A DNA stretch of 59,104 nucleotides, the filler included, from Sphacelaria rigidula (taxonomy: Eukaryota): the NCBI GenBank assembly GCA_964200075.2. It is 7 parts of 7 records of this genome, joined end to end, with 100 filler letters (N's around TTAATTAATTAA, not from the genome) between each part and the next. Parts side by side here need not be neighbours in the genome. Positions count along the whole stretch, not along the records: positions 1 to 8,359 come from CAXNAA020011400.1; positions 8,460 to 16,817 come from CAXNAA020011401.1; 5 more parts are not named here. One strand, written 5' to 3'. A program made the translations under genes and the position numbers. The notes below the pieces were generated by a model that made no database searches, was not told the origin of the DNA, and worked only from the letters and a program-made list of their open reading frames with translations. Positions 1-12,073 of the stretch are shown here, one piece after another (positions within the stretch are counted from its first letter, which is position 1; each line of letters starts with the position of its first letter).

Positions 1-897
1 ATGCGTTGGGTTTTTTCCTCGTAATGTATGGTTTCCACCGTGGAAAGCGTGAGAACGTGAGTAAACAATGTTGTCGACTGGGTTTGTGTGACGTGAGCTC
101 ACGCGGTGCGGGAGTGCTGGCTTAACCCGCGAGATCAAAATGAAAGGCGCGTACCGGGCGAGAGATGGGTTGATCCCTTGAGACCGCGGACTCATCCCGA
201 GGAAGGGGAGGAGTTCGAAGTGTGAGGAGAAAAAAAAAGGTTTGGCCCACCTGGTATTCCCTCCCTGGGTGGGACTACAATATGTGGTCTCTGCATGGCA
301 GTATCTGATTCGTCTTGTCAGGGCAATCGTCTCCCTTTTCCTCGTTGCCCGTGCGTTGCCGTGGTCGCCGTGTTTTTCAGTTGTTTGCACCTCTGCTTGG
401 TATGGACTTTTATGGTCATCTTGAGGCACTCATTCGGCTTGTGCTTCAGACTGAACAGGCCTCTCTATGCTTTTACTTTTCCAACAAAATGGATGACGTT
501 GTGTGTCCGGACAGACGATTTTGAAGCAGCACCTACATATCCACTGCCCGAAGCGCTTCGGAGCATTTGAATCCCGCCGTATCGACGAAAGCACATTTTG
601 CTTACAAGGCCACGTATTGTGTGTTGTAGGACGCGCAGAACTGCGCGTGCCGCTACAATGACGGCCGAACCTATCGTCTTACCACGTACGCCATGTTGGG
701 TCCGTGCCTGCAAGTTCTTGTTTATGCCATGTGCTGGGATGGGTCATCGCGGCGTCATATCTGCCGGGACATGGTGTAGTAAGATGCATTTCTAGGTACT
801 ACGCACCAACACACTCAGACGCTAAGCAAACAGCGACCGTACATCTGAGAACCTCCTTCTATGCTTCCTGCCGAAACAAAACTCGAAACCGCATCAG

Positions 898-1299
898 GTG
901 GACAACTTCGGTTCCGCCGCAACCGCCAGCGTGGAGCTCAGACGGGCCATGAAGAGATGCGTCGAGGTCTCAGTGTCCGACGCCGCGGCTCCGATCATGC
1001 CGACTCAACACCCCACATCTTTCATGGGTGGTGTTTCGCGTTGCCCTTTGGGCGTCTCCTACCCCGCTCCCTCCCAGAGCGCTAAACTTCGTACGCTCGG
1101 CAACAATTGCACCAGCGCCGGCACCCCAGCGTTAGGGAGAGGCAGCGGTGTCGTGTCGTTCGAGAATGAGGTCCTTGTATCGGCAGATCTCAAGAGCGAG
1201 GTGCAACTGCACGTGGAGGCGGACGGGGTGGACGGGCTTGACATCGCCAAGGGGCTGTGGGTTGACGACCCCCAGGTTGGTTGGCTGTTGTTGATTGTG

Positions 1300-1335
<36 letters not shown>

Positions 1336-1824
1336 TTTTGCATGTCCGTTTGTACCATGTTTAACGTGCTTGATTTCACGAGCTGTGTGCGTCCCAACAT
1401 GGCCGTTCTCACACTAGTTACACGCCCTTCAGAAACATCATGTAAACCGCCATCTCATATGTGGCTCTTGTGTTGAGTCCGTCCAGCCACGCAAGTCTTT
1501 TCTAGCGCTCACTGTAATTTCAACCCGATCCCTGGATGACGAACCTCTCTTTCTCTCTCTCTCTCATTATCCTCTTTTCCCTCCAAACCACTGTCTACTA
1601 CTTTTACTGTGCAGGGGGCGAAGGGTACGGAACTCCCTACGCTTGGGGTGGACCCTCCCCTTCTCTGCGACGACGTCCTGGATGCCGAGTTCGACTGCTC
1701 ATCTGGAGCAGACAACCATGACCACGACCACGACCACGACGAGATGTTGGGCTTCTTGGCGTGCGGCGAACCGCAATCACCGCTGATCGGGACGGGGGCG
1801 TTGGGGGGTTTGATAGGCGCATGA
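898..1824 (+). CDS. Last three exons of an unidentified protein (acidic C-terminus)
   Basis: Exons 898-966, 1078-1275 and 1615-1824 have AG/GT boundaries and are all phase 0. They splice to VDNFGSAATASVELRRAMKRCVE|SAKLRTLG...KGLWVDDPQ|GAKGTELP...GGLIGA*. No domain recognised. Confidence 0.55.
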
Positions 1825-2181
1825 AAAGGCTAAGAAGGTGGTAGTAGGGATAAACAGCAATCGAAACGAACCAAAGTGCCCATGGCGAATGGTTACGCGT
1901 GTATACTTGATGTTGTCGTCGATGTGGTGCTTTTACGTGGAGGTGATTGCGGGTGCGTGTGTATAATTGGGTGTGTCGAAGTCGCCATTGTTCGCCGTCA
2001 CTGTTACCCGACGTGCGTCGGAAATTTCCGCGCTCCCTGGTTCTTCTCATGCCATGCCGTCGTCCAGAGTGGGTGCGGGTGTGATCATAAGGGTGGCCAA
2101 CGAGGGCGAGACCGCGTGAACGCGAAATACCACACGTCGCTTGGAGCCGTTCTACAGTATGTACACCACCCTCCCCCCTCC

Positions 2182-2224
2182 GGTGCTCCGTTCCGAAAGG
2201 CAAGCAACAAATGAGTACGCCCCT
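2182..2224 (+). mobile_element. Internally deleted 3' end of the C-run-associated LINE family
   Basis: GGTGCTCCGTTCCGAAAGGCAAGCAACAAATGAGTACGCCCC matches the 51007-51077 copy with a deletion between two AAGG motifs. Both flanks are C-rich. Confidence 0.75.
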
Positions 2225-4404
2225 CTCCCCCGCTCCCAACTTTCCATTCCCCTTATGAGTTGTTTGGTATTTTCGCTAATTATCGTGTCGTTCAGGATTG
2301 GCTGCATCCATTTCTATGCGGGAGGCAAGATTGCATTCCTCACTCGTGGAAGAAGTCACAGTCGAGATATTGTCATGTAGAAAATTACGCGCGATTGGAT
2401 GGTCATCTGGTGCACGTTTTCCAGGGTAAGCGTGGAGAAGAAATACCTCGTTCCTTCAGTAAACAACATTGGCTTTCGCCTCATTTGAGCGCGAAGTTCC
2501 GGGGGAGATTAGTCGTTCGATGCATGAAGTTGTTGTTGATAAATTTTCTAAATCTCCGGAAATACCCGACGCTAACAAACGGAGATTAAAAGTTGAGGAG
2601 GTCGGCATCAGGGATGACAAATGAACAGGTACAGGTTCGTCCGCATGCTCAAATGCCTCTTTGGCTCAATTTCCGTTGCGAGAAATTTCGGATTCGCCGG
2701 GAGCACAGCTTTGAGGGGCACTGGGTCAAACGTTTTGTCCTGTGACCTTTTGATTCAGATTCGTCTTTGGTCAGGAGTTTTCAGGTGTGACTTCTTCGTT
2801 GGGTGATGATGGCGATCGATGAAGTGCATGGTTTATGGAGTACATTGGGAAGAATTTCAACATGTGATCAGAATGTAAGCGAAGTTCGACGCAATGGTGT
2901 TGCTTGTAGAAGTTTCACGTGCATCCTTCAATGGAAGATGATTTTGGTCTCTGCAAAGTTGTCTGTCAGGTGGGAGGTGATGTGGATAAGGATCGATAGT
3001 CGGTTTGTGCGTTCACAAGTTGGCGTGCCGGTTTGATCCTGTGTTCGGTTTGACGATAGTAAGGGGCAAGAGGGCTGAGAACTGTCAGGAGATCGTACCT
3101 TTGCTTCTCCCCTGCGCCATCCATGTTTTCCCTCTTTTGCATACGATCACTAAGTAAAGGATTGACCAAGGACGGGAAAAAACCCCGCCCGGCTGCGTGT
3201 TCTGTCCCATTTGGTTTAACGTGTTCAGCATCGTTCAGAGAATAGCCACGACGACGGTAGTATCGTAGCGTGATCGTCTGTCCAGTTCCAAGAGAAACTG
3301 GCTAGGTAACGGCGACTCGTGCGGCTACCGCGTCGGTGCGCTATCCGATCTATGCCGAAGAAGAAAACGTTACGTGTGATGACCGTGATGTTTGGCTCTT
3401 TTGCGGGAGGAGAGAATGTGCAGTCTACTTGCCCCGGGAGTCAGCACAGGGCATTCATTGGTGGTGTCGCTCTCTTCTTCGAGTAACTTGTGGTTTGGCT
3501 GTATATGCAACGCGTGCCCACTTTTGTTCGGCGCTCACTCTCTTTTAGCTACCACTTCGGGTACCAGTGGTTTGATTTAGATGTGTATTCAGCCACTTTA
3601 TTTTGTATATTTTCCCGTTTATTGCGCGCGGCCTGTGGACGTTGCACGTGAGAGAGTGTACCGTGATGTTCAGCGGATACAAATGATCGTAATCAACCAC
3701 CGCTTTTGTTTCGCTGGAGTGAGGGGGCTGCCGGACATGGTTTGCTGTCGCCCTAAGTTCTTTTCAGGTGTACCTTACTCCATCTCATCTTTATGCGCCG
3801 ACATTGCGCATGTGCACTAGACGCACGATGGTCGTGGAGACGTGCACGATTTTCTCTGTGCGACTTTCGTATACAGAAACGTTGCTGCGTGTGTACAGTT
3901 GGAGGTTACCCAGTGGCCGTGGTCTCGTGGGTCCCGCTGCTTTTGTTTTAGCGGTTGCTTACGGCGTTGGCGTTACCGTTGGGGTTTGTACCTGTTGAAC
4001 TTGTTAAGCAGCCAGTAGGTGATGGCTGCGCAGCAAAAGCATGTTTGTTTAACGCACCAAGTGGGTGCTGTCTTCGAGCATGTCGCAAATTTCACATGGA
4101 CCATGCTTTGGTCCACGGGTTTCATTTCTGGCTGCTGTCCTTATTCGTGAAGTTGGCTATGAAACAGAGAGCAGGGACAACCGTCGTCGTTTGACTAGCC
4201 TCAACGTATAGGAAGAATATCTGATTGATCGACACTCTCTATGGGTCGGGTGGCCACATTCATGAGCCCGATGTCATCTTCTGGCGGAAGGGCCTACACC
4301 GTGACAGACGTCACTCGGAGGGAATGTGACATGTCATCGAACACGGATTGCGGGGAAATGGGCGGGTACATTTCCTCTCTCAATAGGTCCGTGTATGGTT
4401 GTAG

Positions 4405-4775
4405 TTACTAGTGGAGTGGAGCGGTCATTCGTGTCAGTGTATTGGGTACTTCGGCGCGATTTTCGATTGTGCGTTCTTGAAACACAACGGGGTGGGTGGT
4501 TGGCCGGCGGTATATTGTGAGCGGCGAACTCAACATGGGCGCATGTGCTGCCTCCGATTATACTGAAAGTGATTTTTATTGCAGAGCGCTGAGCACTGGT
4601 GAAGTGAAGGGGTCACTCATGTGATTGTATGGGGTGCTTCGGCGCGATTTTTGCGTGTGTCTTGAAACACAACGGGTGGGTGGGTAGTTATATGGTGTGA
4701 GCGACAAAAGCAACATGGACGCGTGTGCGTCTTCCGATATTGCTGACAGTGACTTTTGTTGGGGAGAGCTAAACA
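4405..4775. repeat. Diverged tandem duplication, two units of about 185 bp
   Basis: CTTCGGCGCGATTTT...CTTGAAACACAACGGG...CAACATGG..GC.TGTGC recurs near 4450 and 4637. Confidence 0.8.
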
Positions 4776-5684
4776 ACAAGGCACGGGTACGACGGTGCCC
4801 GGCAGCACATGAGCACTAATGGGGGTGGGCGGCGAACGGGTATAGACGGAGGATCGCTTTTTTCTTGAGGAGTTGTTCCCTTCCGTCCCGGTGGATCACG
4901 TCTCATCTCTGTTGAGTAGAAGATGCATCCGAGCTTCGTCGACTATTCTTTCACATCGACTTCATGTTGAGGAGTTGTGTACCTGTTGGTTGGTTGAGAT
5001 AAGACGTTGAGATTGCGGTGGAAGAGGTAGGTAGGAGGGGTTTTTCTGTGTGCTTTTAGTACTACTGTACTCATGTTAATGGCGTAAGTCAGAAAATGCG
5101 TATACTCAAGTAGTAAACATTACAAGCAAGCACGGGAGCCGAAACATCGATCGAACGAACGGACAGACGACATGGGTGGGAAGAGCGGGTAGAGGGTTGA
5201 AAGCTTTCTCCTCGATCTCGTCGGCTAATATGCTGATGAAAAGTAGATCAAGGACAGCACAGAGAAACGTCGTGGACAGAAACAGGCGGGACACGTTGCC
5301 CCTGTAGACGGTATGTGGAAGAACATTTTGCGATAGAACAAGAAGAAGACAGAAACGAAGACGATATCCATGGATATGGAGGGGTTATTGTCGAAGCGCT
5401 TGTGTTGAAGCCACAAACTATCGGCAAAAAAGTTGTTTGTTGTAGTGTTTTGGCAACCCAGCAACAATGTAGTGGCCCCACCTCGAATCGAAAACGTTCG
5501 AAGCACAAAGAGAGACAAGCAAGCAAGACACAGTGTCAAGCGGAGTTCCCCGATACCTCCATTCTTCACTCGATGCGCTGCGATCGAATTTTGAATACAG
5601 CATGATAATGCTAGAAGTCCGCATACTTCTCAACTGGTCAAAAGGTATGACATACGCACTGATTCGTCGCTCGCTTACTTACCG

Positions 5685-5752
5685 GGGCTCCGTCTCGAAA
5701 GGGATGCGTGGTCAATGGTCAAATGACTAAGGCAAGCAACAAATGAGTACGC
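5685..5752 (+). mobile_element. Short 3' end of the C-run-associated LINE family
   Basis: GCTCCGTCTCGAAAGGGATGCGTGGTCAATGGTCAAATGACTAAGGCAAGCAACAAATGAGTACG, with a TSD-like CTTACC(C)GG on both sides. Confidence 0.85.
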
Positions 5753-7022
5753 TTACCCGGCCGTCCTATTTGATCATACACGTAGCCCACTTCGTCGGAC
5801 GCCACGCAGGGAAGTGAAAACGTCACATCGACAAGATGGAACGAGGCAGTAAGAGATCTCCACCTAACCTCGTGCACCCTCATCACCTTGGTCGTCCAGC
5901 GTGGTACCCCTCGAACGACGGTGTACGACCAAACAGGGCAGTCACGCGTAACCAATCTTGTCTTGTTGCTAAGTGCGCTGCTGAACAAGCACAGCCATAC
6001 TACAACATCAAGCCATGATCAAGATGAACATAAATGAGCGTTGTCTTGTCGACGAGTCTGCAATGTCGGAAACCCTGCACTCATCCCGTCTGTGCTGTCC
6101 TATCAGCAGCATGGCATCACTACATCAGACCTGTTGTCAGACGTGGTGTCACATGCATACGCACACGAAGTAGCCACACCTAGTACCCAAACAACGTAGC
6201 ACTACTCGTGTGGGGGCAGGTATAGGACGCCATCGGAGACAGCGCAATCAGCTATACCCTTGTGCCTCTACCGCAACAAGCATCGCCACTCACAAGATAG
6301 CAACAGCAGCCCCCACCCATCCTCACTTCGTTCATAGACCCTACTATCCTCTTCACATACTCATAGCCACCGCCGCTGCTTGTATGCTCTTTTTGTTGAA
6401 ATGTCTTATTTCGGTATTCAAAATACTTCTGCTCGTAGAGGAAGGCCGCAGGCGGTGGCTACGAAAAGATGGAAGCAAGTCCGGTGGCGGAGTTCCTCTT
6501 TTACGTTGCCTCCTTTCTCAGTGCACCTTTCACCGGTGTGTCCTCTCTTGCTTGCGATGTATATCTCGACACCATCTTTTGCTGCTGCGTCTCATGCGCT
6601 ACTTCCGACTCTTGCTTTGGAGTGGTATCTTACCTTCAACTCCTCGCTCTCCTATCGCTCCGTTCCCATACAGTAGTTCGTCTCTGTCTCCTCCTACGCG
6701 GATATATCTTTGGAGCGGCGTTGAGCCGCAAGGTGAGGTGTGATTTTTCATTAATATTTAGGCAAGGATGTGCCATGAACTGTGTGGTAGGCTCTTGGAG
6801 TCGACCTGCACCGGATACAGAATAGTTGTGACTCCCCAGGGCTCGACGGTGCCTCTTGTTATCTTGATCGTTTCCTACGGTCAAGATTAGTTACCTAGGG
6901 TTCCGGAAATTCCGCTGTCCAAATATAAGATGATGGGGCCTCTCGAACAGTCCACGATCGGACCTGCTCCTGTAACGGCTTCGTGGCCGGTGTACATGTC
7001 ATAAAGGTAATCACTCCGGACA

Positions 7023-7880
7023 TACCCTACATATGACCAACATATTCGTGAGATTAGGAGCGTTTTTTTCGAAACGAGAAGTTTTCCGTGATATGCGCCA
7101 AGACGGTCGAATCGTCCGAAACGGCCGTCACTCCCCTGAAAAGCCCGTGATTTGACGCGAGTTTTGGTGCAAAAATATTTAAAGTCGACGTGGTCAGTGC
7201 AGAGGCATGAGAAAAAGGTGTAAAAAAAAGCGTTTTTTCTACCGTAGCTCATGGAATGCGTCACCGATTCCAAATTTGGTTGCGACAAACTCCCGTCAGA
7301 TGACGGGCTTTAAACAGCCTATCATCGAAATTGAGGATGGAGCTTTTCAGTGAGGAGGAGAACGCAGAGGATTAAAATCTTCGTATCCACACCAAGTCTT
7401 CAAGATATGGTTCCATTCCTTCACCTACAAGTAGCTATTGACAAGTACTACACGTCATGCAAAATTGAATTTCGATAACCGAAATGTTGGGGTCCTAGGT
7501 AAAAAAACAAATCTGTGGAATTTCGGCGATCCGATCGGATCACCTAGATTCCCCAAATTTGTTTTTTCATGTAGGACCCCAACATTTTGGTTACCGGAAT
7601 CCAAATTTGCAGTGCGTGTAGCAGTTGTCGATAGATATCAGTAGGCGAAGAAAAACTCATATTTCGAAGATTTGGTGTGGATACGAAGATTTTAATCCTC
7701 CGGGTTCTCATCCTGAATGAAAAGCTCCACCCTCAATTTCGACGATCGGCTAATTTTCAGGAGTGTGATTATAGCCGGTTGAGGTTTCGGACGATTCGAC
7801 TGTCTTGGTGTTAATCTCGCGAAAAAACTTCCGTCCCAGAATAAAAAATCCGTTATCACGAACATTTGTTTTACAGGGGT
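7023..7880. mobile_element. Palindromic (foldback) MITE
   Basis: Imperfect inverted repeat centred on GATCCGATCGGATC (7528-7541). Matching arms include GAGGATTAAAATCTTCGTATCCACACCAA / TTGGTGTGGATACGAAGATTTTAATCCTC and CCAAGACGGTCGAATCGTCCGAAAC / GTTTCGGACGATTCGACTGTCTTGG. Outer ends are approximate. Confidence 0.8.
7140..7311. mobile_element. Small MITE nested in the left arm of the palindromic element
   Basis: TIRs AAAGCCCGTGATTTGACGCGAGTTT / AAACTCCCGTCAGATGACGGGCTTT. The segment is absent from the mirror arm. The right end abuts TTAA (Kolobok/piggyBac-like, uncertain). Confidence 0.7.
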
Positions 7881-8025
7881 CTTCACACATTCTTGTTTCT
7901 GTTTCTTTACGTTCTTGTGTTTTGTACTTCAGTTTTGTTTCCACGGTATGTGTGTCGTGTGTGTCGTGTGTGTCGTGTGTGTGCGCGTTTGTGTGTGTGT
8001 GTTTCCAACACTTATTCGTTTTGTT

Positions 8026-8170
8026 GAGCGGTTCTACGGTAGGGATGTACCTTCTAGTCGAAAAGGTTTTTAGGGCTGCAGCACAATGAGGTCCAGATGT
8101 TTGTCATCGGGAGGCTCTCGCAAAGTGCAGAGCCCCAGAAAAATCGTACACCCCTACCGTAGAACCACTC
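8026..8170. mobile_element. 145-bp MITE, Sola2-like termini
   Basis: TIRs GAGCGGTTCTACGGTAGGGATGTAC / GTACACCCCTACCGTAGAACCACTC, with 4-bp TSD TGTT. Confidence 0.7.
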
Positions 8171-8359
8171 TGTTTACTTGTTTCTTCCTTCAAATGACTA
8201 ATGCCGAGATAGCCCCCCCACAAAAAGTGCACTGGCACCATCCAACGAACCGGCTGCGATCCCACTATCGGGCTCGTTAGCAGCAATTTCGCCCACATGA
8301 GAGGCGTGTAGCAATCCGAAATCAGCTATAACGCCCAAATCAGCAGCGTCGTGCAACAC

Positions 8360-8459
8360 NNNNNNNNNNNNNNNNNNNNNNNNNNNNNNNNNNNNNNNNN
8401 NNNTTAATTAATTAANNNNNNNNNNNNNNNNNNNNNNNNNNNNNNNNNNNNNNNNNNNN
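8360..8459. other. Artificial contig spacer (also 16818-16917, 25276-25375, 33734-33833, 42191-42290, 50648-50747)
   Basis: Identical 100-nt N-run with a central TTAATTAATTAA (stops in all six frames), recurring every 8457-8458 nt. Confidence 0.98.
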
Positions 8460-8528
8460 CCCGGCTTTGGAGGGATGCGAGGTCAATAGTCTGATGACTA
8501 TGGCATGCATGATCATGAGTACACCCCG
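8460..8528 (+). mobile_element. SINE-like partner of the C-run LINE, variant tail, cut by contig start
   Basis: CCCGGCTTTGGAGGGATGCGAGGTCAATAGTCTGATGACTATGGCATGCATGATCATGAGTACACCCC. The same variant is on the minus strand at 16780-16817, 49886-49981 and 50578-50647. Confidence 0.8.
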
Positions 8529-8699
8529 ACATTATCCAGAACCCACTTGGCATCGTTACACGGCATGAATACTCATAGCGCCTTTGCTTCCATGTTATTT
8601 CTTCGGTCTGCTTTCCTCGTCTCGCACTTACACCTCGTCTTTAACCGTGGTCTATGTGTGGAGCAGGCGATGTGAATGTGATGCTCTCGACAGCAGAGC

Positions 8700-9303
8700 C
8701 TTGTGTATTGTGTGTATGTTCTCATCCCATCTATTCTGGACGCCACTCTACACCTTTCGGTATATGTGGACGTATCAGCCGGGGTCACACAGGAGGACGG
8801 TCAACACAGGAGATTTTTCGTTTCTTTTGTTTTGAAGGAATCCATCTTCCTGCGTTTCTTGTCTTATTATTTCTCGCCTCCAAGGCCGAGGATCGAAGCT
8901 CTCTAAGAGTATAGCGGCGCGTGCAGTGCGCCAAGTTGAACGGGGGTTTAATAATAGTTGGAGCATCCCCCACACTCCCTTGAGCAAAGCTTGCGAACGC
9001 TGGAGGCGCCTTCCCCATATGACTACCGCGAGGCAGTCTAGCCGATCTTCGGATAATTTGCACACAAACTCGCTTTACGAGGCAAGTGCTCCTTCCGTCA
9101 GGTAAGAAAAAAAAATGATCGCGAGAAGCGTTCACCGGTCCCGTTTCCTCGTCGGCCATGAAGTTGAACCTTGTGTACCCGCGACGCAGTCGCCCTCCAC
9201 TGTTAGGCATGATGTGAGAAGAAAGCCAATATCGCGTGACTTCACCGAGATTCGAACCCACGTCCCAACCGTCAGAAAGTGTTGAGGATACCATCCGACC
9301 GGA
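8700..9303 (-). mobile_element. tRNA-derived SINE copy interrupted by a second retroposon
   Basis: The reverse complement gives head ...TTCTGACGGTTGGGACGTGGGTTCGAATCTCGGTGAAGTCA and tail ...TATACCGAAAGGTGTAG...CAGAATAGA..(CA)n, matching 25759-26111. Confidence 0.85.
8876..9116 (+). mobile_element. Poly-A-tailed retroposon fragment nested in the SINE
   Basis: Ends GGTAAGAAAAAAAAA. A homologous copy lies on the minus strand at 38530-38765 (shared GCAGTGCGCCAAGTTGA and AAGCTTGCGAACGCT..AGGCGCC). Confidence 0.75.
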
Positions 9304-10071
9304 GTGTCAGTCATTTTAAATGAGAAAGTGCACCCCCTTCACCCCCTCACCCTCCCCCGAGAATCCGTCGTGTCGTCAGTCGTCAGACGCGGTGCAATCG
9401 CGAACGGATTTGACGGTTTCATGTCTCGTCTAAGAAGAAACGCAGAAATTGGCCCGCATCATGGCATGACTCAACTCCCCGCGCAATTACCCGGAGCCAG
9501 CTCCTTCATGTTCGCAGTTTGCTCGCTCATGACATTTACCCACGTGTTCATTGTTTCATTCCTGTGTTGCACTCTGCTCCACATACTTCCTCCTGCTCTA
9601 CGCCTGCGTTGCTGAGATATCCGTCAACACTGCGCCATGGTTGACTTTCCAAACCAACTCAATGTAGATAGGTGAGGAGGATGTGCTGCATGTACTCGAG
9701 CGTGTGAAATTGCTGCCGTACGGTACACTGACTGTCGACCATTGCAAATCCAGAGGATAGCCGTTTCAGCACTCCATGCGCGCATAGAAGGTGTATCTTA
9801 TGAGATGCAGAACAAATCCATGCACGTTCGGTCGCGCTGGCCCGACAAAACCTGGTCATACGCTTCGCCCACAGACGGCTGTTCGGCCCGCCTGGGTGCC
9901 AGCCACTGTACCAGTAGCAGACGGCATCGGACTTCAGGAGGTACACCAGTACCGAATCCTCTACAAGCACAGCACCAGCGTATAAGTTGCGATCGGACAC
10001 GTGAACGCAGTCACACGTGCAGTATACTAATAACGAACCACAAAATGTATCCGTGTCGTATACTCTCGCAG

Positions 10072-10192
10072 AGGCGCCCGCGTAGTAGTTCATACGAAGG
10101 ACATGGAGTGGGCGCCATCGCCTTCTCCGTCTGTTTGGCGCAAGCGCGTGGCACTAGAAGGCCCTCAAGAATCTGGCCGGGTGACTTCGTTG
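10072..10192 (+). CDS. Exon encoding the N-terminal part of a ChrR-like cupin (Cupin_7) domain; possibly a pseudogene
   Basis: ctcgcag|A GGC GCC...TCG TTG|gtgagt translates GARVVVHTKDMEWAPSPSPSVWRKRVALEGPQESGRVTSL. This matches the RVVxxTxxMxWxxSPSxGVWRKR...ESGxVTS motif of ChrR-like cupins. The frame is not in the ORF track, and downstream exons were not found. Confidence 0.65.
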
Positions 10193-10296
10193 GTGAGTTG
10201 TTGCGTTTCTACCTTGTTCTAAACCCAACTCCCACTGTTCCTCAGGGACAACCCTAGAATAGAAAGTTCTAACCTAGCCCCGAGCGTTGATTGTAC

Positions 10297-10362
<66 letters not shown>

Positions 10363-11225
10363 CTTCACATTAAAAACCGTTCCGATATCCGCGCGATACA
10401 TTCGTACTGGGCATCTGATGCGGACGCCTTCCGTGGTAACAGGCTGGCAAAAAAATATATATATAGACCCAGATTAAAACTCACCAATCGCGATACAAGC
10501 AAAAGAGGGATAAGTAATAAAGAATAAAGAGAGCATATATATGTGGCTAACCTCAGAAGATCCGGTGCCGCAGGTGGTCATTCGGACTTCAGGGGGTGGC
10601 CCCCGGCTTTCCAACTCGACGCGCGACGCCAAGTAGAAATGAATACAGGGTCCGACTACGGGGGAGACTCAAGGCCCCAAATACCGCTAACCAAAGAAGG
10701 AAGAATCGCAAGGTCCCATCTTTCGGCCTCTCGAGGGACAGCCATACGTACAAGGATACCAGGTGTATCAACACAAGCACTGTATGACACAACGACACCC
10801 CTCATCGGGGGGATTCACCCCCCACCCCCGCCCTTCTCTGGACCGTCGTCATTGCTGTGCTTTTTGGGCTTCGTTGGTCTCCCGTCTAATCGCAGGCAGT
10901 CGGCTTGCCTCCTCTTCATTTCTGTACCATGAGGTCATGAACCTCTCCGTTCCCTGCAGCACTCCCGCGTGCCACGGCAACCCCCCCTCCTTTTTTGCTG
11001 CTGAGGTCCATAGGGCGCGGTCACTTCCGAATGTCTGGCGGCTATCGTCCGTGGAGCCGTCTGTGGCTCCGAAAGCGTGGAGATCGTCTCTCAGGCACTT
11101 CAGCCAGTCTTGTTCCAGGCACCCTGGTCCTGGATCCTCCCCCCCGACTAGTGTTCCGAGTGCTATTCGCTTCGGTTGCACTGCGTGCGATGACTCGACT
11201 CGAGCTTCTTGCTTCGCTACCTGAG
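10297..11225 (-). mobile_element. 5'-truncated RTE-clade LINE with (CAA)n tail
   Basis: Minus ORF 10849-11229 (PKRIALGTLVGG...DWLKCLRDDLHAFG...WTSAAKK..W..GV..G.ERFM) resembles an RTE C-terminus. The 3' UTR and (GTT)n tail are repeated at 55772-56218. Confidence 0.85.
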
Positions 11226-11592
11226 ACAACTGGAATCTAGATACAGTATAGCGTTATGTCGAAGCCTCTGCTCGATTGAGAGAGCGTGCCGACCAGCTCA
11301 CTCCGGTTGGAAAAACTCGGCTGTGAACTGGATGTGGTCAAAGTTGGACGTGTTACTGGGTGCGTATAATAGTCGTAAATGATAGCCACTTCGCACCCAA
11401 GGGTACCCATAAAATGAAAGCAACGCACTTCCGGCCCCCAACGGTGACGTTTGGTGTGGTTCCTGATGGGTGGTATCCAGCGAATCTCGTTGCCTCCCAT
11501 CCTGTAGAACGTGCGTAGAGTTGTTCTCCAATGTGAGGTAGTTACGCAGGTACTCTAGTAACTGTTGAACCTGATTGGTCATTAGTCACTAA

Positions 11593-12073
11593 GCCGGTCG
11601 ACCCGGTGGCTCAGTTGGAAACCTCGAAACCATCTGACCGTTGGATCGTGGGTTCAAATCTCGGAGCGATCTGGAATTTTTTCTCACACCATGCCCAACA
11701 GTTGATTGATTGGTTGATTGTCGCACTCCACCTGACCCCCTAGGGGTCCAGCCGTGGTTTCATGATTGACGTACTCAAGACAAACGAAACTGAAACACGC
11801 TCTGAAAAAAAGAAGGAATAGGGAAAAAGTGGAGAGCGACTATGTCGTGGGTACACAAATTTTGACTTTACTGTCGACGAGGGAAAGGGACGGTTGAACC
11901 CCTCTCGCGATGAGAAAAAAAGCAAGCACCGCAGAAGGAAGGTGAGGCCCTAAAAACAAATAAAAAGAAAAAGCTCTTGTGTTGACCTTCCTCCTGTGTG
12001 ACCCCGGTTGATGCGCCCACATATACCGAGAAGTGTATATCGGCGTCCAGAATAGATGTGACGACAACACACA
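11593..12073 (+). mobile_element. tRNA-derived SINE copy with a nested (AATC)n-tailed insertion at 11702-11829
   Basis: A box TGGCTCAGTTGG and B box GGTTCAAATC. The body resumes at TGGAGAGCGACTATG after the insertion, exactly as in 25759-26111. Confidence 0.85.

Noticed and set aside
6210-6825. Overlapping 98-177-aa ORFs
   Set aside because: Low-complexity translations with no motif or supported splice structure.
8404-8415. TTAATTAATTAA palindrome recurring every 8.46 kb
   Set aside because: Artificial six-frame-stop linker inside N spacers.
8491-8522. CTGATGA hammerhead ribozyme core in the variant SINE tail
   Set aside because: No stem II followed by GAAA downstream. The motif is the loop of a simple hairpin.
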